A stretch of 63,935 bases of DNA, counting the filler, from Lenisia limosa (Eukaryota > Protista > Breviatea): assembly GCA_001655205.1 (NCBI GenBank). It is 18 parts of 18 records of this genome, joined end to end, with 100 filler letters (N's around TTAATTAATTAA, not from the genome) between each part and the next. Parts side by side here need not be neighbours in the genome. Positions count along the whole stretch, not along the records: positions 10,606 to 13,525 come from LPNZ01000247.1; positions 13,626 to 23,016 come from LPNZ01005426.1; 16 more parts are not named here. One strand, given 5' to 3'. Positions 10,619-23,116 of the stretch are shown here, piece by piece. Made by a program: the position numbers and the translations under genes. How positions within the stretch are numbered: the stretch's first letter is position 1; the number at the start of each line of letters is the position of its first letter. The notes under the pieces are model-generated. The model was not told the DNA's origin and did not search any database. It was given only the letters and a program-made list of their open reading frames with translations.

Positions 10619-13525
10619 GTGAAGGTTGAGATCAAGCCTTCCGACATGGCGGGTGTTGTGCGCATCAACGGTCCACAGGTCCACTGGACTGGCATGCAGA
10701 CTATCAAAAAGTTGGTGCTGTTCTCTCGTTAGTCTTGGATGGGGCATTCTTACTTGTGATGCAGGCAAAAAGAAATGGAAAAGGCCGCGGCTGAAGGTAA
10801 AGAGGAAGTATCGCCTCTGCCAGAGAGCCCCACAAAGGATGAGGCTCCTCCCGTTACTGGTGGGTTATTGATTTAGTTGCTTTTTGAGTTCATTTAATCC
10901 GAATCACGCTCACCTCTGCAGTGCATGACACGCGAAGCATGAAAGCCCTCCTCCCCACCTTAATGGTAGGCTGGGTGATGGATAGAAAGCAATGAGTATT
11001 AAAAAATAAGATTGTATCTGGCTGAAGCCGTCCACGCCATCACGCTTATAATTCACCCAATCATTTGCCTTACAACTCTGTGCACACAGCTTGATAGATA
11101 TTGTCTTACTGAAAAGGGCGTCATCAAGCGCTTACCTATTAGGAAGTTGAACGTCACAACCCCCAACATTGGGCACGTGTTGTGTTCTCGTCCACCACCG
11201 ACCCTGCATACAAACAGTTCCGTCCAAATGACAAACCGTTGGTGTTGATCCTTCAACTCTTTTCATCAAAGTCATGCTGTTCACAGCATCCCCATTTATT
11301 TTTTTTACTTTCGCGCGGGGGGTGTAGCCTTTTGTTCTTCTATTTCTATGTCACTCACACGCTGCAGAACTGACACAATCACTCAACATGGAATTCCTGA
11401 TGGATGGTATGAAACTAGGTTTTGCTTCTTTCTCATGTGTTTAAGACAAAGGTTATTATTCTCTTTAAAGGATATTAAAATACTAGCTTCATAGGTTTGG
11501 TTGCAATTATATCTTTGGCCAATTATCATATGTCCTCGTGTGATGGTGTGAACGTCTTCGGCAACATACTGCATTGTTTTGTTTCTCCTTTATGTACTCC
11601 CAGGTACGGGATGTACGAGGCCCGCATGTCGGACCTCATCGGCCACTGCAACGTTGCAATTGGCTGGGAGTGGCAGGGCCAGTTTTGTGGTGAGTGCCTC
11701 AAACATATATTCTTCTGATTAAAAAATATATAGATTGGAATTTGAAAATATACCTCTTCTGCATCTAATTATGATAGGATTGGATGTGACTCGAGGAGAA
11801 GCATGGGACCCCCTCCGCTGTCTATGGACTGCCGTTGCTCCCAAGGTATACTGGGTCTCTTGGTTTCGACTACTTCATGTTGATAATATACAACATACGT
11901 TTGTACTCTGATGGAAAAACTGAGTTTGCACTCTGATGTAAAATAAGTTCGTAATGTAATGTAATTCCGATCATCACCATTGTAGGGTGGAGTGAAGTCT
12001 GTTGTGACTCTGCGTCTTGGTGTACAAAAGGGAAGATGGCTTGTTGACGTCGCCCTCGATGGCGCTTACGTATCGCCAATCAAAGCCCCAATGGCTTCGG
12101 GTGAGTGACCTCTGAGTATAGCAACTGCGTATTATGTGGAAACTAGGCTCTATTATTTAAGCCCCCAGCATTCAGTGACCGTTTTACCCCGCCCCACAGA
12201 CTTCTGCTGGAGACCTGTGGTATTGACCTGCGGTCCGGGCTCGGCCAAAATTGACGTTAACCTTGGCACCGGCGTGCACTTGCCAATTGGCCGACCAGGC
12301 TCACAGGTCTCCGGCGGTTTGCTCTCATTGCACTCGATGATGGGTTCTTTTCTTGTGCTCACCCCCTTTTCAGGTAAGCCAGTTAGCAGCGTTTGGCACC
12401 GACCGCGCAGCTCCCCTCGTCCGTATGGCCCTCGCATACCTCCCAACTCAAAACAGCGTATGAAACCGCAATATTGCCAACTTCTATAATGGGCTTTGTT
12501 TTTTTTTTTTGTTTCAAAATTTCCCATTTTTACTCCGTTATGGTTCTTTGTAACCCTTTAGTCTGCCCCTGAGCTTTCCTCAGAACACCACAAAAAGTTG
12601 TTTGACATGCTCCATGCCAAGTTGACTGAAATTTCCAAGACGGAGGCTGGCCTTCTAAGGTGTGCAAACCATTCACATCCCACAAGGCCCATTTTTCAAA
12701 TTCTTAAAATTTCCTCATTTTATTTCCCTTATAACACGTCTTCGTTCGCTCCAAATGCAAAATAAATCACAGGAAGGGCTAGATTGACTTATNNNNNNNN
12801 NNNNNNNNNNNNNNNNNNNNNNNNNNNNNNNNNNNNNNNNNNNNNNNNNNNNNNNNNNNNNNNNNNNNNNNNNNNNNNNNNNNNNNNNNNNNNNNNNNNN
12901 ATTTTTTTTTTACTTTTTTTTTATATTACTTTTTTTTTCCAACCATTTTGATTTGACATCTTGTTCCTCCTAACACTCAGATCTGAACGCTGCCCTACAT
13001 TATCTTGGACTGGTGCTAAGCGTGAGGGGGAAAGAAAAGAGGGGTAGATGGAGTAGGAAGGGAAAAGAATAGAGGAAAGAAAGCGTCTTGTTCTTCTATT
13101 CTTTTCCGTTCCTACTCCCTCTACTCCTCTACTCCTCTTTTCTCTTATTTCCCTCCTCTTTTCTTCTCTGTCTCATTTTCTTCATTCTTCTTTTCTTCTT
13201 TTCCTTCTCATCTAATTTTCCAGTTGTTCGTGATGAAGGTGCCAACGCTCCTGAAGGTATACCATCTTTCAGGCAAAATCCTGTAATAACGTTTTTATTG
13301 GCATTCACACTTCTTCGCCAGATACAACTTTTTTTATTATTTCTTTGCTATCTATTTATAAACTTTTGCCTCCCCCATGGTGCTTCATTTCTCATATTTT
13401 TGTCTCGTGCACTGAGCCAATATCACTGATGGTTATTCTTTCTCCAAAATGAAGCTTATCCCCCTAGAAGAGCCCCAAATGGTTGATGTGGCCAGTATTA
13501 TTGATGACGTCATCTCTGCTCTCGC
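10619..13525 (+). CDS. Multi-exon gene of unknown function, internal fragment
   Basis: GT-AG exons such as VKVEIKPSDMAGVVRINGPQVHWTGMQTIK, YGMYEARMSDLIGHCNVAIGWEWQGQFC, LDVTRGEAWDPLRCLWTAVAP, SAPELSSEHHKKLFDMLHAKLTEISK; family not recognised. Confidence 0.7.
10988..11095 (+). repeat. Family C bipartite repeat (intronic)
   Basis: GTATCTGGCTGAAGCCGTCCACGCCATCACGCTTATA + ATTCACCCAATCATTTGCCTTACAACTCTGTGCACACAGC. Confidence 0.85.
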
Positions 13526-14608
13526 NNNNNNNNNNNNNNNNNNNNNNNNNNNNNNNNNNNNNNNNNNNNTTAATTAATTAANNNNNNNNNNNNNNNNNNN
13601 NNNNNNNNNNNNNNNNNNNNNNNNNTCAGTACACGTTAACATGAGTTTACCCTATAGGAACGGAAGGGCTCTGCGTAACACGCGAAAGGAGCGCAGAATG
13701 ACCGGTAAGAGAACACAAAGGAGGGCAGAATGGGCTCTTTTCTTTCAAAAAGTTTCCAATTTTGAGTTAATTTATTTTGGACTTTTTTTATATAGTTTCC
13801 AATTTACCCCCCCCCCCCNNNNNNNNNNNNNNNNNNNNNNNNNNNNNNNNNNNNNNNNNNNNNNNNNNNNNNNNNNNNNNNNNNNNNNNNNNNNNNNNNN
13901 NNNNNNNNNNNNNNNNNNNNNNNNNNNNNNNNNNNNNNNNNNNNNNNNNNNNNNNNNNNNNNNNNNNNNNNNNNNNNNNNNNNNNNNNNNNNNNNNNNNN
14001 NNNNNNNNNNNNNNNNNNNNNNNNNNNNNNNNNNNNNATAGTTGTTGTCTCTACTGAGGAGAGGGGTCTGTCTGTCAACCAGATGAAGTTGCCCTTGTTT
14101 TTTAAAATAGTTTTGTACACTAATCAAGACAAGGGAAACAAGAGATACATATTTAGGATAAGGAAGGGGGGAGGCTATCCTCTTCCTCCCCCTATATAAT
14201 ATAACCTGCTTGTAGAAACTTAAATTTATCCTGGGAAAACGCTCCACAACCCGGCCCAAACCCCTCCGCCATGTTTTTCATAAGGTGTGCCCCCCCCCCC
14301 CCNNNNNNNNNNNNNNNNNNNNNNNNNNNNNNNNNNNNNNNNNNNNNNNNNNNNNNNNNNNNNNNNNNNNNNNNNNNNNNNNNNNNNNNNNNNNNNNNNN
14401 NNNNNNNNNNNNNNNNNNNTAATAACTTAATACAAATCCAACTTCCAAGCGAAGAGAAACTCACATGAAATGAGCAGATCCACGGATCCACGTCCACGTG
14501 TTTTCTGAGTTTCGCGAATTTCCAGACTTAGAGACGGCTAGCTAGCTCTAGTGAACCCCTAGTAGCCTAGAGAATAATAATAACTTCATAACTTGAGAAT
14601 ATCTTAAA

Positions 14609-17600
14609 ATGAGTGAAGATAATCCGAAATGTTGTGAGGAATCTTCCTCTTCTTCCATAGATACATCCCAGCTCTCCCCTCATGCAACTGCTAAACGTCG
14701 CATTGCCCCCAGTGGAAGGCGTGTTTCAAGACACTCTGTGTTATACACAAAAGCACCTCCATCGCCTTCCTCATACAAGCACTTGGAGCAGTGGAAGGAG
14801 ATTTCTGCCGAAAATTGTCAATCAGAGCTTTGTAAGTTATTTCTACGCTCACATGTTAGGTCATGTAAGCAAACAGCAATCCCCCATTTCACATGTGAAT
14901 CGTTCGTCAGATATTCCGAAGAGACAATGGGAGGCGCAAGTCTTACAGATGCATCCCGAAGTTCTTGAAACGAGGGAGCGATTTGCATGCATGAACGGAC
15001 ATCGTGAGAGGTTGTTCTTATTTTTTTTTTTATGATTTTTGTTTTTGTAAAATATGACCGTTTAGAATCATACGCTGTCACAAACCATGGGCAAACAAGT
15101 TTCACTGAAGCGAGAGATGCTGTTCCCCATGAGGCTATCACCTGTATTATTGGCGAATATTTGCATGAACTTGGTTAGTGATGGTTTGAAAAAGGAATAT
15201 TTGCATCTATTAGCGGTTTATTTTTATTCAATAGGCTTATCGAAGGTTGTCACTGCGCTGCAAGAAGAAACCAGAAGCAAGGGTATGTGGAACGCTTTGT
15301 TTCTTGTGGATGTGGTTCCTCCATAATCTCTTAGTTTCCCGTGGTCTTTATGGCGGCCATGCTTTGCCAGCCCTTTTGAAACTTGGCATTGCTGACACGA
15401 AAGAACTTTTTGTGGCGCCTCAGAGTACGGATTAAATGAAACAGTTGCCCTTTTTATTAGCCCGAACAACAAAGTGATGGTGTAGGTGACGAGCAAGAGG
15501 GTGAAAATGACGCCACTGTCGAAGTTGTAGACCATCCAAATTATATGGCTGACCGTGAGGGGGGGGGGGGCNNNNNNNNNNNNNNNNNNNNNNNNNNNNN
15601 NNNNNNNNNNNNNNNNNNNNNNNNNNNNNNNNNNNNNNNNAGAAGAAGAAACTTTGTCCCGTTAGCTTTGTGCAAGTTTTTTTGGAGGACTTTGTCCCGT
15701 TAGCTTTGTGCAAGTTTTCTTTGGAGGATTTTACGGCTGGTTTTTGGTGTTGAGGTTCTGCGGAGATTTCCCCACTCTGGACCTACGGGATACAAGGTAG
15801 TTAATTGTCCTCGAATAACGAGTTATAAGAAGAGGAGAGTAGTTATTTTGACAGAGGAACGGTATTGTTGATTTGGAGATGCTGATGTCTTTGTCACTTC
15901 TTTTTTTTTTACTATTTCCCTTATTGTAATATTTATATCCCTGATTGTAATATTAATGTTAGTGACGATGTTTATGCTGAAGAAAGCTGCTTTTTAAAAA
16001 AACTAACAATAGGCATATTATACAACATACATTATAAATTTGATATTCAGTGACAGATATTGATTATTGGAAAGGAACATAAAACTTGTTTTCAAAATCA
16101 GCTTTTCTTTCCTTGTTGGAAGCTTTCGGAAGAGGAAAGCTTTTACTTCCGAAAAAAGTTTATGGGACAAAGCTTTTCTTCGTATAACCTCTTATATTTT
16201 CAGGTGATGACGATCTTACTGATCTTGGCAACATTTGGGCAAATACAATGCCTGGTCAGACAAACGTAAATGAACATGGAGATCCCATTGCTGCCACACC
16301 CTTGATGATTATCGAAATGTTGTCCAGCCCAGGCCGTAGCGGTGAGTTATTTTTTCAGCCAGATGTTTTGCAGTACTTTTCTGATGTTCAGATCCCGATC
16401 TCCACAAAGCGTTCCTCCTATGCTTCCGAAACTTTATGCAGCCCCTTTCTCTCCTCAGAATCTTGATTGACAGACATAAAATCCCTCAGGAAGTTCTTGG
16501 TTTGTTGAACTTGCGTAAACAATCATCAGAATTTTTGGTTTAAATGAAATGGCCTAATCGTTTATTAATTAACGCGTTTAGATGACCCCATCAGAAATAA
16601 GCACGTTCAAATTATCAAAGTAAGTTGAGAAGTCATCTCGATTATTCCTGACTACCTAGCAACGTGTTGGCAATCTTCTCAGAGCATGGGTTACAAAGTC
16701 TTATCATGACTTCAGTGAAGCCATGAGAAAGGTGAGCTTTACATACAATGAGCTTGAGTCTTCTTACATATGAATAATAATTCGTAGGTGTTGGACCAGT
16801 TCATTAACGACCTTCTCCACGACCCTGCAAATGCTTCTGTCGGCACCACTATCAGAACTGCTGTTGCCAAATCGGTGAGTTAGTATTGGCTTGTTTTATT
16901 TTATGAAAAACGACCACAATATTTCAACTCCTAAAATGGGATAGGATTACATATTATAAAATATCATTGTATATCGTATCAGATCATTTTGTAAATTTTT
17001 AGGCGTATGCAGAGTCAACGGCGTCAGTGCATCCCGCCAAACCTGTTGAGCCGAAAGTTCCCCGAAACATCTTTTCACCTGAGTTTTCCGTCTTTGATGT
17101 GGTATGCGACTGGGATTTATATGTAATTATATATCATATACTATATATAGTATAGCTATATGTGTGTAATTGTGATGTGTAATTGTGATATAGTATTATA
17201 TGTGTGTAATTATTTTGTGTGTAATTGTGATGAGATGTGTTATTCTAATATTTATTTCCCCCCTTTTTTTTTTTCAACCCAGATTATCTTGGAGTAGGAA
17301 AGGGATACAAAAGATAATAAAATGGTGGTATTAGTTCCTGTAATTCTGATGATGTAGGATGACGAAGAAATTGCGCGGCAAATCACGTTAATCGACTCTC
17401 GGCTGATGGCTCAGGTGAAGGTATGTTCCTTAGTACCTTTGCAGCTCTGATGCCTAGAGAGAAGAGTTCCTTGGCAAGGTTTGGAAAAAGCCTCTCAATC
17501 CCAACAACATCGAAATCAGACGTGTTCTCCAAAGGTTGAGGGTTGCGCTTTATGTTTGAAAAGATAAGGGTCTTATCAGATCAGATTTGAAGATATCAAG

Positions 17601-18500
17601 ACTTGGTGTTCCTATGAGATCTGTAAACCCTTCAAACTGAAACACAAGGCACGTGTGATGGGGCGCTTCATCAAAGTTGCTGAAGTAGGTGTCTTGGTGT
17701 TTTTTTTATCTTTTAACTCACGAAGCATTGCCGTGGTCTCCAGAACTACCAAACTTGCTCGGCAATTATCGCTGCAATTCAGACTCAAGATGTTGATGCC
17801 ATTCAGAGGTGCCGTAATGAGATCCCAAAGAAGAGTCTTGAGGTAAGAACCTGCACCACCTTGCGTATTTATGAAATTAGATCTTCCACGATCTGGAGAA
17901 CTGTCTTGGAGGGCGCCCATGGATGCTGAACAGACCGTTAGACCCGACCAGCAAGTAGGCCTGCCTCTCCAGCTTATCATTCTTAGGCCGTTGTGGGTGT
18001 CTGAAATCATGAGAAATCCCTCGACACCAGTTGTGCCCATGCTCTGTTNNNNNNNNNNNNNNNNNNNNNNNNNNNNNNNNNNNNNNNNNNNNNNNNNNNN
18101 NNNNNNNNNNNNNNNNNNNNNNNNNNNNNNNNNNNNNNNNNNNNNNNNCTTGGTTTCTTTAGAGTTGCTTGATGGTGAATACAAGGACTATGTGGCGTCC
18201 GTGGCAAACCCCTCTTTGAACCTGGTCAACCTGACCAAAATGAAGAAAGTGCGCTCAGTCATTCTTGTTTCCTCCCCACTTGAATTTTAACACTTTAGGT
18301 GTGGGAGATTGTGACAGAATTTGAGGAGTTTATGAGCAGAGACCGCTATAACATTCTACCTGTTGTCCAAATCACAAGGAAACTTGCACATTTTGATGAA
18401 TCTATCACGAATATGACCTCACAGGTAATGAAGAACAAAGTGTTTATTTCTAATATTCTAGGATTTGAATCGAATGGAGTTACAGGGACCTACATCTTGA
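14609..18500 (+). CDS. Ras guanine-nucleotide exchange factor with LisH, REM (RasGEF_N) and CDC25 domains (Dictyostelium GefA/GefH-like architecture)
   Basis: ATG 14609; CIIGEYLHELGLSKVVTALQEE (LisH); IAATPLMIIEML, DLHKAFLLCFRNFMQPLSLLRILIDR, RVGNLLRAWVTKSYHDF (REM); DEEIARQITLID, FEDIKTWCSYEICKPFKLKHKARVMGRFIKVAEHCRGLQNY, LVNLTKMKK (CDC25); TGA at 18498-18500. Confidence 0.9.
15641..16191. mobile_element. Family D copy in RasGEF intron (left end in gap; 39-bp internal tandem duplication at 15651-15727)
   Basis: Homologous over about 550 bp to 48802-49426, with the same right end TTCGTATAACCTC. Confidence 0.8.
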
Positions 18501-18785
18501 GTTACTGATTAGAAAGCTATTGCGTTGCTGTGGGTTTCTGGGGGGTCTTGCTTGTTGTTATGTAGTTTCACAGTTGTTTCAAAGATACAATATTTAGTTT
18601 TTTTTTTCGTGTTGGTGTTTTTTTAGCTGCCTTTTTAGTCTATATTTTACTCCTTGCTTCTATTCCACTGTATACATTGTATAGCTCCCAAAAAAATTCT
18701 TAACCATCTATTAAAAAACAAAATACAAGTGGTACAAAAAAATAACTTCTAAAATAATAATACGTAAAGAACAAATAGTGGGTGT

Positions 18786-19300
18786 TTAGCCCATTGCAGA
18801 TTGTGTTCTGCGATTGTCTCTCCTTTGGCCCCCTCTTTGGCCGCCCTGCTGAGAACGTGTGCGCATTTCAACGCGTGGCTGGGAGGTCAGGTGTTGAAAA
18901 AAGATACAAAAATAAAACTGTAGAATATCAAGGCTAGAAGTCAGTTATGGGACACAGTAGATGGAAATACATGGATAGGAGGCGTCTAAATTGTTGGTTT
19001 TGGGATATCGTGACGAGAATGATGCCAACGCTCGCGACCAATAGTGTTTGTTTGTTTAAGAACTACACTCATAAACGAAAGGAGGTTCACCGTCTACGGG
19101 AGTTCAAATTTAATCCCCCCCCCCCCCNNNNNNNNNNNNNNNNNNNNNNNNNNNNNNNNNNNNNNNNNNNNNNNNNNNNNNNNNNNNNNNNNNNNNNNNN
19201 NNNNNNNNNNNNNNNNNCTCTATTTAACTCAATTAGCCTGAACGTTCCAACTGAAGCACTGAATTATCTTTCTGTACCTGCAGAACCAATAATTTTTGAC
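18786..19300 (-). CDS. Probable small spliced gene convergent with the RasGEF
   Basis: Terminal exon after ...ctgacctcccAG reads PRVEMRTRSQQGGQRGGQRRDNRRTQSAMG*; upstream hydrophobic LLVASVGIILVTISQNQQFRRLL; exon chain not fully resolved. Confidence 0.35.
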
Positions 19301-19461
19301 AGAAAATGTCTGATAGTGTATTTAATCTTTGTAAATTTTGGATGTATGCATGTGATACATGTGTCATACTCATTTCAACTATTTAATCAGTTCCACATAT
19401 GAATTTAGGGCTTCATTTCGATCCAGTTTTTGATAAGTCACACTGCAATGTTTCGTCATCA

Positions 19462-19570
19462 ACCTGTGTACACAGAGTTGCCAGGCAAATGATTGGGTGC
19501 ATTATTATTATCGTACTATATTCATTATAACCATTATCAACGTGATGGTGTGGACGGCTTCAGCGATACT
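19462..19570 (-). repeat. Family C copy
   Basis: Both modules present on the reverse strand. Confidence 0.8.
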
Positions 19571-19699
19571 CTTATTTCTTTCTCATTTCTACATTACTTT
19601 AGAATTGTTTTTTTTTTAACATTTACCTGTGTCTTTATTTTGATTTCATGGAATCGAGTCAAAAGAAATTCGAAAGCCTCTTGTGCAAGTGTAGTGATG

Positions 19700-22450
19700 G
19701 ATATCCTGTGTGGGGAGATCTTCCTGAGAAAACATCTGTCCTTCCCTAAAAGAGACGAGCTTGTGAAGAAGTTGACTGCCCTGGCTGTGACTGCAAACAT
19801 GTCATTGCCACAAGGAGGCGCTTGTGAGCCGCCACCCACTCCTGAAGTCTTCGTCTTCCTCAATGCACTTTCAGCAAAAAAAAAAGACAATCAAAATTGG
19901 ATCCACTTCCGTATCTACTCGGATCTTCAGATCTTTCAAGTTGACAGAGACACTTGTATAGCGGAAACTCACCCTTTAACATTGGTTCTGACAATCTGAA
20001 GTATCACACCAAGACACACCAAATGACCCTTAGTTTTGTTTTTTTCTTTTTCACTTCCCTTATTTCTACGCTTCCAATACAACAGCATTCACTGCTTCGA
20101 CGCAAGTGAAAATTTCCACTCTTTTGATGCAGCAACGTAAGCTCATTGGTCCCCATTCGTAAAGTAGCTTCTTCAAAGACGGCTGACCAAGTCCAAACCC
20201 AATGAAATGGTATTGGGTTGGTGTGATGCCCACTTTCTCCTTTCTTAGGAGAAAGAGCTGCCATTCTCTAACCTGGCCAAATTTGAATTCTTGTCTAGGA
20301 CTCTTAAAAAATAAACTAGGTTATTGCCAACTCTGATCATTTGGAAAAGGACTGAGTGAAAAAGAAGAGTAATCAGAGTGTCACTGGCCCGCTTGCAGCC
20401 TCAGTTGATACCCTCATCAAACAGAAAGGCAAACAGAAGAAGAAGACGAAGAAGTATCTTATGCGTTTTATGATATATTATATCATATCATATTATACTC
20501 TTTATACCACTACTCCACCCAGGTTTTATCAATAAAATCTCTCAAAATTCTTCCTGGTTATCAAACGATGAAACTATTCACATTCATTAGTTTAGGCGCC
20601 TCAGCACATTTATATCATATGATATACGAAACAGAGTCGAGTGAAAAAAAAGGAGAATAACACCCCAACCTCTTCGTATTCCTGCGCCCAGTTGCCTCCC
20701 AGGTGACCGGATCGACCTGTTTTATCAATACACATTACACAAAAAGCCCATTGAATAAAAATAAAATAATGTACTCAGTTCGTGTCCAAAACTATCTCAA
20801 ATCTCATCACAACAATATTCTACTGAATTCAGTATCTATAAAAACAAACCTTCAGATAAAGCAACACTCTCCGAGTTTCTGGAGAGCAGATTACGAAGGG
20901 GGGTGCCTTGCAGACAGAGGCGATATGTACTCATCATGTGGTGATACACCTACATATTATTATGACATGAAATATGCATTCGTAACTTGGAGGTTGATGT
21001 GCATTCAAAGAATACTCAGAGTTAATTTTTTGATTGCGTTTGTTTTAATACCTACATTGTTCTCCTTAACTTCAGTCTAAGAACAATATTGAGTTGTGAG
21101 AATAACTTTTGATTGTACTTATTGAAGTACAAATATGTAGAAGCACATGTATGGTTCTGTTCATTGACACTTTGTACAGTTGAATTGAACCATGACACCC
21201 ACTCCCACTGTACTGTCTCATACATCTGAATGAACAGCTTAATTGTTGGTAAAATAATTAGGAAATAAGGTGGTTGTTCTGCAACTATATGTTCTGTACT
21301 GGTTAGGATGAACATTTACCTCACGTAATGGATTCTTGGGACATATCGTTGATATTGAGTGAATCAAATACACAGCTAGCATACCATCGAGGCTGTGTCC
21401 TGGTTGAAGACTTTGCCGAGGTTATGATCTAAAATATAAGAATAAAACAGGCATCATCATAATAACCATTGATAACTCAACAAAAAGCGCTAATACCATC
21501 AATCATGAACAAATAGTACAATCTGGGGATCTTTGCTTATATTGAGACAGATGAAAGTCAGAAAAGCTCCAAATAGAGAAAAAAAGCCTTGTTTTAAACG
21601 AAAGAAAATAAAAACCAAACGCACTTCCATTCAAGGGATCCATGATAGCAATGCCTGGTTGGAACCATCCAAGGTCAATCTGGACTGTTAAAAGAGAAGC
21701 GGCTGGAGGGGGGGTTGCCAAACGCAAGAATCTAGGCGATATCACATTATTCCCCCACCTTGGAGTATATCTCGCCCCTGCTAGGAACAGCCACCCAATT
21801 TGGCGACCACTCCTGCGTGTAGAAGCGGAAGAAGCCGACAAAGAGTCTCGCGAGGCTGGCGGATGGTGGAGGAACCTGATGGTTAACGCTAAGTCTCTGG
21901 GCTTGCTTTTTGTTGATTCTTGTGAAGTCAAGGAAACATCAAAAACCGGACAACGAGTTTGGATTGGGTAATTGTCAAGCCAATGGCTTTTGTTAGAACT
22001 TTACTCACTTGGCAGTCCTTGGCAAAGGCAAAGTTGTAGGCCGTGGACTCCTGGCGTACATTACCTCTGATGACCTGAGAGGCGGCTAATAGAGTGAGTA
22101 TAATGCATGTGTTTATTGAACCACTGATAAAAAAAAATACTCAATTATGTTGATAGAAGTTGTAGAATACTCAGATCTATTGTTTCCCATTACCAAACCC
22201 CCTTACAACTGAGACACTCGTCACTCTGCAAGACAGGCGCCACGCCTGAACGTTGGAGGTAGAACACAGCAAGAAGAACCCATGTGTAGCTTGAGGGCGT
22301 ATTGAAGTAGGCTGTACTGACGGAGTGCTGAAGAGGAAAAATCAAAACAAATGTTCAAGAGAATGAAATGCCCATGTTCATTATTTAATTGTATCGTACA
22401 AGAGTAACCCACGTTTTTGGCCCAAAGTTTGATCATCATGCATAGGCTCC
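19700..22450 (+). mobile_element. Decayed L1/Tx1-like LINE ORF2 relic, interrupted by an internal insertion
   Basis: Ordered remnants: HPLTLVLTI (cf. RPISLLN), GIGLV*CPLSPFL (cf. GxRQGCPLSPLLF), HLGVYL...WRPLL...WWRNLMVNAKSL (cf. YLGIPL..W..+..R.LVNS thumb), DDLRGG (cf. P...GGLG); many stops. Confidence 0.5.
20850..21480 (-). mobile_element. Ty3/gypsy integrase relic nested in the LINE remnant
   Basis: QWEWVSWFNSTVQSV (cf. W..L..AEFAYNSTVHS) and NAHQPPSYECIFHV (cf. NAYxLxLPxSxxIHxVFHV); heavily degraded. Confidence 0.35.
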
Positions 22451-22865
22451 GTACGGTGGGGTCGGACTCAGCATATGCTCTGAGTAGTGTGGTGTTGTAG
22501 TATGGTAGGACATTGTTGAGGGAAATGTCAACCTAAACAGTTGGAGCCGTTTATCGAGGGCAATTTATGGAAATATCATCAAAGCAACGCACACTGAATG
22601 CCCCTCACAACCAAGCCAGTTCTAACACGGATATTGCGCTTTATCCTTAGTCCATCGAGCCAGGACTTATCGCAGTCAGTGTATAAATATTTATTCCACT
22701 ATCCCCACTAACATCCACATTGTATTGGGGGTGGTTGAACTTTGAGATGGGAACGCGTGTGCGGGTGATGCAGTGGGGGTTCTTCATATTCCGCGCTGTA
22801 ACCTCCCTCGTGATCCTACAGCATGTGATTTATTCAAATAAATTACTTCATAAGGGGGACCTGAT

Positions 22866-23016
22866 TAAAGGATATGGGAGGGACATGAAAAAGGGATATG
22901 GAAGGGACATGAAAAAGGGATATGGAAGGGACATGAAAAAGGGATATGGAAGGGAAATGAAAAAGGGATATGGAAGGGACATGAAAAAGGGATATGGAAG
23001 GGACATGAAAAAGGGA
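22866..23016 (+). repeat. 24-bp minisatellite (GGATATGGAAGGGACATGAAAAAG)n, about 6 units, runs into scaffold end
   Basis: Direct tandem repeats visible in sequence. Confidence 0.95.
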
Positions 23017-23116
23017 NNNNNNNNNNNNNNNNNNNNNNNNNNNNNNNNNNNNNNNNNNNNTTAATTAATTAANNNNNNNNNNNNNNNNNNNNNNNNNNNN
23101 NNNNNNNNNNNNNNNN

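Noticed and set aside
13626-14500. Possible gene upstream of the RasGEF (includes ILRSFRVLRR, reminiscent of a voltage-sensor S4)
   Set aside because: Large gaps and ambiguous strand/frame; the S4-like frame hits a stop; cannot be supported.
22720-23064. ORF with repeated KKGYGRDM octapeptide
   Set aside because: Translation of a 24-bp minisatellite at a scaffold end; no splice or coding context.
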